DNA of 24,000 nucleotides. Source: Spiroplasma endosymbiont of Lasioglossum villosulum (GTDB lineage Bacteria; Bacillota_I; Bacilli_A; Mycoplasmatales; VBWQ01). Each line of letters starts with the position of its first letter. Position 1 is the stretch's first letter. Under the pieces are notes generated by a model. The model worked only from the letters and a program-made list of their open reading frames with translations. It did not search any database and was not told where the DNA came from. A program made the translations under genes and the position numbers. Location of the stretch: contig NZ_OZ026539.1 in the NCBI RefSeq assembly GCF_964020195.1, positions 414,299-438,298 of the forward strand, read 5' to 3'. Of this stretch, positions 19,660-24,000 are shown in pieces.

Positions 19660-21405
19660 AAAGCAGATTCATTATTTTGCTTTTTAAATATTGTTCATCA
19701 TCTTTATCAAGAGTTATTTTCTCTTTATAATAATAAAAAGTTTTTAGTATTTGATGAACTTTTATTAGAAAATTTAAAAAATTCATGACAATGAATTGAA
19801 AAAGAACGGCAAATTTTTAATGAAGAACATAATTTAATTACTGAATTAAAAAATATAACTAAAGAAGCATTTCCAGAACAATATTTTGAAATTATAAAAT
19901 TTAAACAAGAACAAGCGCGAATTAATTTTGATTACTTTTTTCCTGAATTAAAACTTCCCAATAATGCGATTAATTTTTGAAAACAAATTATACAAGAAGA
20001 AAATCTAGAACAGTTTTTATTGGTAGAGTGAAAAGAAAAAATTGCTGAGTTGTGTAACGTTTTTATTAATTTTGAAAAAAATATTAAAAAATTTAAAATT
20101 ATTGGTGAAAATTATCAAGAATTTATTTTAAATCATAAAAGAAATCTAGAAAAAGTTAAAGAATGTAGTGAACAAGTGGCATTAGTTAGTAATGTGATGA
20201 AAAGAAAACAATTTTTAATTGATTTAGAAGATTATAATAATGAAAGTTATTATAATAGTTTTCAAAAAAAGATAGCAAAAAGTATAAATGAATTAAAAAA
20301 TTTTATTAATAATATTGAAGATTCTAGGATAATGGATTATTATTATCAATTTCTTATTCTTAATAGTACTGAACAATTTGCAGCAGATAGTTTAGAATGA
20401 AATATTAATAGAATATGTGGTGCTATCAATAATGAATTTACTATATTAAAAAAAATAAGTGATTCATATAAAAGTGACTTAGCAAAAAATTTCATAATGA
20501 AATACATAACAGAAGCAGTAAAATTAACAAAAAGTACTTCTGAAAGAATAAAAGAAATTACATTACAGTTTGATAGACATTGTGAACAATTAGTTGAAGA
20601 AGAAAGTAAATCGATTGAAGTTATTAATAAAAAAATAGCAGCATTAGAAAATATTAATAAAACAGAAAGAACAACATATGAAAATTTGTCAAGAACTTTA
20701 GAAAATGTAAGTTTAGATAATGATAAAAAAGTGCTAGCAGAGTTAAAACAGCAAATTGAAAACATTAGAACTATTACAAAAGAAAAAATAACAGAAAGTA
20801 AAAAAAGCAAAAAGAAGCTATTGAAGAAGAAGAAAAACAAAAAACGCTTCAATTAGAAGAAACTAAACAGGGAATTATTAATAATACAAATTTAATGAAA
20901 GATAATATTAAAAATTATCATCAAAAAATTATTGAATTTATTAAGTTTTTTACAATTTCACTTTATGAATTTATTTTATGATTTAAAAATAATGAATGAG
21001 ATCGCGAAAAATATAAATTAAACAATATGATCAATAATATTTTACAACCAGGATTAATTATTAAAATTGAATATAAAAATGATAATTTACAATATAAGTT
21101 ACCATGATCAAATTTTATTTATTTAAAAACAGAAAATGATAATCATTTGGTATTAGCAATTCCTGATAGTGAAGAAGCTAATTTTCAAATATTAAATAAA
21201 GAAGGTAGAAAAATTTTGCTTAAAAAATTAATTGAAGAGGAAAAATATTATTTTTTATCTAGAAAATTTTGTAATTTATACACTAAATTTACATTAGTTG
21301 AAGATAATTTCTTAAGTGAAAAGGAAGTAAGCAAAATTTTTAAAAAAATAGAAGTATTAAAGAATATTAAAACTATTGAAAATGAAACTCCTCAATTAAC
21401 AAATA
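19660..21405 (+). pseudogene. Very large K/E/N-rich coiled-coil protein gene, 5' portion, with three frameshifts at A-runs
   Basis: The coding frame changes 1 to 2 at A6 (19799-19804), 2 to 1 at A5 (20037-20041) and 1 to 0 at A7 (20800-20806). Each switch keeps the same composition and restores a sensible sequence (e.g. WQWIEKERQIFNEE). The gene is interrupted at 21405 by the IS. Confidence 0.65.
21389..21405. repeat. Left copy of the 17-bp target-site duplication tcctcaattaacaaata
   Basis: Identical to 23540-23556. The two copies bracket the IS. Confidence 0.8.
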
Positions 21406-21436
21406 TGTCATTATTTAGTGATAATTTCCTATTAGT

Positions 21437-21459
21437 TATCGAGTAAAAATTTCCCAAAA
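21437..21459. repeat. IS left inverted repeat
   Basis: tatcgagtaaaaatttcccaaaa. A degenerate second copy, tttagtgataatttcctatta, lies just outside it at 21414-21434. Confidence 0.75.
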
Positions 21460-21487
21460 GTGAAGTTAAATATACTTGGTGATAAAT

Positions 21488-22735
21488 ATGGAAAGAAGTA
21501 TGACTATGAAAGAAAAATATAAATACAAAATTATAAATGATATTATTATTAATAAATTATCTAAACATCAAGCCAAGAATAAACTTAATCTAACTATTAG
21601 AAGAATTAACCAATTAATTCAAATTTTTAATAGAGAAGGTAAAGTTGATTTTATTCATAAATCTCGTAATAAAATTTCTAATAAGGCAACAAATTTTGAA
21701 ATCAAAATTAAGATTATAAACTTGTATAAAACAAAATATTATAATTTTAATTTTCAACATTTTCATGAGAAATTAATTAATGAAGAAAAAATTAAGATTT
21801 CATATAGCACACTTTATACTATATTAATTAAAGAAAAAATTACTTCACCAAAAAGACATAAAAATAAAAAAAATAACTTACATCCAACAAGAAATCGAAG
21901 AACAAATTTTGGTGAATTAATTCAAATGGACGCCAGTAATCATCATTGATTTGGTAACGATAAACCAAAATCATTTTTACATGCTGCAATTGATGATGCT
22001 ACAGGAAATATTGTTGGACTATGATTTGATCATCAAGAAACATTAGATGGTTATTATAATATTTTTTATCAAATTTTAACTAATTATGGCATACCAAAAA
22101 CATTTTATACCGATAATAGAACAGTTTTTGGATATAAGAAAAAAGTTGATGCAGGAAAAATAAATACAGAAAATGACACTTATACTCAATTTCAAAAGTC
22201 CTGTAATGATTTAGGTGTTGAAATAATCAGAACTTCAATTCCGCAAGCTAAAGGTCGCGTTGAACGCTTATTTGGAACACTTCAAAGTCGTTTAATTAGT
22301 GAATTACGACTTAATAAAATTAGAAATTTAGAAGAAGCTAACAAATTTCTTAAAACATACATAAGTACTTTTAATAAACAATTTGTCTTTCCTATTGATG
22401 ATACTAAATCTGCTATGGTTAAAGCTCCTACACAGGAAGAAATCAATATTTATCTTTCAAGATTTTCTAAAAGAAAAACAGATAGTGGTTCAACCATAAC
22501 ATATTATGGTAAAAAGTATTTTCCTTATAAAAATAACAAAGTTCAATACATACAACCTAGAACTGATGTAATTGTACTTAAATCATTTATTAATGAATTA
22601 TATCTTAGTTACAATAATCAAATGTATGAACTAAAAGAAATAGCACAAAAACCAATTATAAAAGAAAATTTAATAAAAACTAAAAAAGTTTATATACCCA
22701 ATAAAAATCATCCTTGAAGATATGGATATCAATAA
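21488..22735 (+). CDS. DDE (rve/integrase-core) transposase with an N-terminal HTH
   Basis: ORFs 21476..21949 and 22415..22717 share one frame across TGA codons. The catalytic pattern is GELIQMDASNHHWF...LHAAIDDATG...FYTDNRTVF...PQAKGRVERLFGTLQSRL. The start is ambiguous (ATG 21488, 21500 or 21506). Confidence 0.85.
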
Positions 22736-22887
22736 TTCTTAATTAAAATTAAAAATCTATTTTATAAGATATTTAATTTTATAAATACTAAACCATATAA
22801 AATTTTAAAACGTTTGCGTATGAGCAAATTTGGTGTTCTAAAATTGATTTTAAATATAAAAGAAATTGTAATTGCAATCTCTCGTTT

Positions 22888-23307
22888 TTACATTTGTGGT
22901 AAGTTTGATTTAGTCGGATTTATTAATAAATTATTTAAAGTTACATTATTAATTTTATTAACATCTATATTTATTTCACTATTTGATTTTCTTATATATA
23001 ATTCTTTTACTTTTTTAATATTTCCAAAAAGTTCTTTTGATATTTTTATAAAAAAATCATTTTTTTCTTTAATTATTTTATTTTTATCAATTTTTCCAAA
23101 AGTAAATATTTTCAATATTGAATAACTAATTTTTTTAAATTTGCTAATCTTTTGTTTTTTTAAATTTTCATTAATATCAACAATAGTAGTTTGAGCTAAA
23201 TTAACTCTATTACTAATAATTTCTGGAGTAAATTGATTTTTATTAATAATTATTTTTTTCAATTCTCTATTAATTCATTTATATTCTTCTTGTAAATTTT
23301 TATTCAT
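22888..23307 (-). CDS. Passenger ORF inside the IS: small K/N/I-rich protein with a possible HTH (139 aa)
   Basis: RBS aaaggatg lies upstream of ATG 23307. It joins ORF 22888..23262 across one TGA. The segment FTPEIISNRVNLAQTTIVDINE resembles a DNA-binding helix-turn-helix. The gene is convergent with the transposase. Confidence 0.5.
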
Positions 23308-23329
23308 TTTTTCATCCTTTCAAAATAAA

Positions 23330-23362
23330 AACTCATTTACTTTGAAATTAAAGCAATGAGTT
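23330..23362 (-). terminator. Terminator-like hairpin inside the IS right arm, homologous to 13417-13451
   Basis: The minus strand reads aactcattgctttaatttcaaagtaaatgagtttttattttg, followed by the RBS of the passenger ORF. Confidence 0.55.
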
Positions 23363-23510
23363 AAAAACTTATATTAAACTTAATTAAATTATACAAAAAA
23401 AAGTTCGCAAATCAAAATTTAAAGCTAAATTTTTAACGTTTATTTGGAATTCGTGTTTATATTTATTTAACACTGTAACTTTCCAAAATAATTTATTTTT
23501 TTATAAATAT

Positions 23511-23533
23511 TTTTGGGAAATTTTCACTCGATA
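23511..23533. repeat. IS right inverted repeat
   Basis: ttttgggaaattttcactcgata is the reverse complement of the left repeat, with one mismatch. Confidence 0.75.
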
Positions 23534-23539
23534 TTGACA

Positions 23540-23556
23540 TCCTCAATTAACAAATA
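23540..23556. repeat. Right copy of the 17-bp target-site duplication
   Basis: tcctcaattaacaaata, identical to 21389-21405. Confidence 0.8.
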
Positions 23557-24000
23557 ATAAACAAAAAGAATTTTTTCAAGCAAAACTTAATGAAATATTT
23601 CAAAAAATTGAAGAACAATATCAGTCACTTGTAACATCATTAAAAGAATTTTTTCCTATTGAAAGATTAAAAGTTATTGATAGTTGAAAGACAATTGATA
23701 ATAATGAAAATGTAGGAACTAAAGATGAAAGTTCTTTATTATTTGAAATGATTATTAAATATATTGATACATATATAGAAGATTCAATTCCAAAAATTAA
23801 AGCAGAAATTGAAAAAGAATGAGAAGAAAGCAAAGATGAAGATTGAGATGCAGTTGAAGCAATAACTACTGCTTTTAAATCTGATTTTGAAAAAAAAGAT
23901 ACTGAAATAGAACATTTAAAAAAAATTCTTGAAGAAAAAGAAGAAAAAATTGCACAACTAGAGACACAATTAAAAAATGTGCTACCTAAAAAAATAGTCC
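23541..24000 (+). pseudogene. Continuation of the IS-disrupted coiled-coil gene (runs off the window)
   Basis: The frame is open to position 24000 with three TGA=Trp codons: PQLTNNKQKEFFQAKLNEIFQKIEEQYQSLV...EEKEEKIAQLETQLKNVLPKKIV. It is in phase with 21390 once the IS is removed. Confidence 0.65.

Larger units (their letters stand above)
21406..23539 (+). mobile_element. Insertion sequence (2134 bp) with a DDE transposase and one oppositely oriented passenger ORF; probably ISNCY/IS1202-like
   Basis: The termini are tgtca...tgaca. The 23-bp inverted repeats tatcgagtaaaaatttcccaaaa (21437-59) and ttttgggaaattttcactcgata (23511-33) match at 22 of 23 positions. A 17-bp direct repeat flanks the element. 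Removing the element and one repeat copy restores the host reading frame. Confidence 0.75.

Noticed and set aside
20346-20852. A 168-aa minus-strand ORF.
   Set aside because: It is the antisense shadow of the coiled-coil pseudogene: F/L/S/I-rich, the mirror of K/E/N codons.
22814-23125. A 103-aa plus-strand ORF inside the IS.
   Set aside because: It has a TTG start and no RBS, and it is the F/L/I-rich mirror of the minus-strand ORF 22888..23307. That minus-strand ORF has an ATG, a good RBS and a more protein-like sequence.
23621-23833. A 70-aa minus-strand ORF.
   Set aside because: It is antisense to the continuing coiled-coil frame, which stays open to the window end.

Overview
The window is very AT-rich, and conserved genes (rsmH, ppa, aguA, sepF, ftsA) are only intact if in-frame TGA is read as Trp. 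That indicates translation table 4, i.e. a Mollicute. The gene content (mraZ-rsmH-ftsA-ftsZ-sepF, a plectrovirus-type Rep, DUF285 repeats) suggests a Spiroplasma-like genome. All CDS calls below were re-joined by hand across TGA codons.

Layout:
- 1-2470: remnant of a rolling-circle (plectrovirus-like) element. It holds a two-tyrosine HUH Rep, a strongly GC-rich multi-hairpin island and small membrane ORFs.
- 2566-4394: a cassette of K/E/N-rich coiled-coil ORFs containing a stand-alone J-domain protein.
- 4447-19000: chromosomal core. It contains a cobalamin riboswitch with terminator in front of a polytopic membrane protein, inorganic pyrophosphatase, two paralogous ECF-S-like membrane proteins, an orphan HTH protein, a His-rich membrane protein, a 644-aa secreted protein, a DUF285/BspA-like repeat protein plus a decayed paralog, the division cluster with a textbook promoter and MraZ operator, and agmatine deiminase.
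- 19414-24000: a second coiled-coil region, preceded by the same about 60-nt hairpin leader as the first. It is one very large gene, broken by three poly-A frameshifts and by a 2.1-kb DDE insertion sequence flanked by a 17-bp target duplication.

No rRNA, tRNA or CRISPR array was seen. No clearly novel multi-gene system can be demonstrated from sequence alone. The best leads are the J-domain/coiled-coil cassette, the two repeated hairpin elements, the GC-rich hairpin island, the riboswitch in a Mollicute, and the IS with a passenger ORF.
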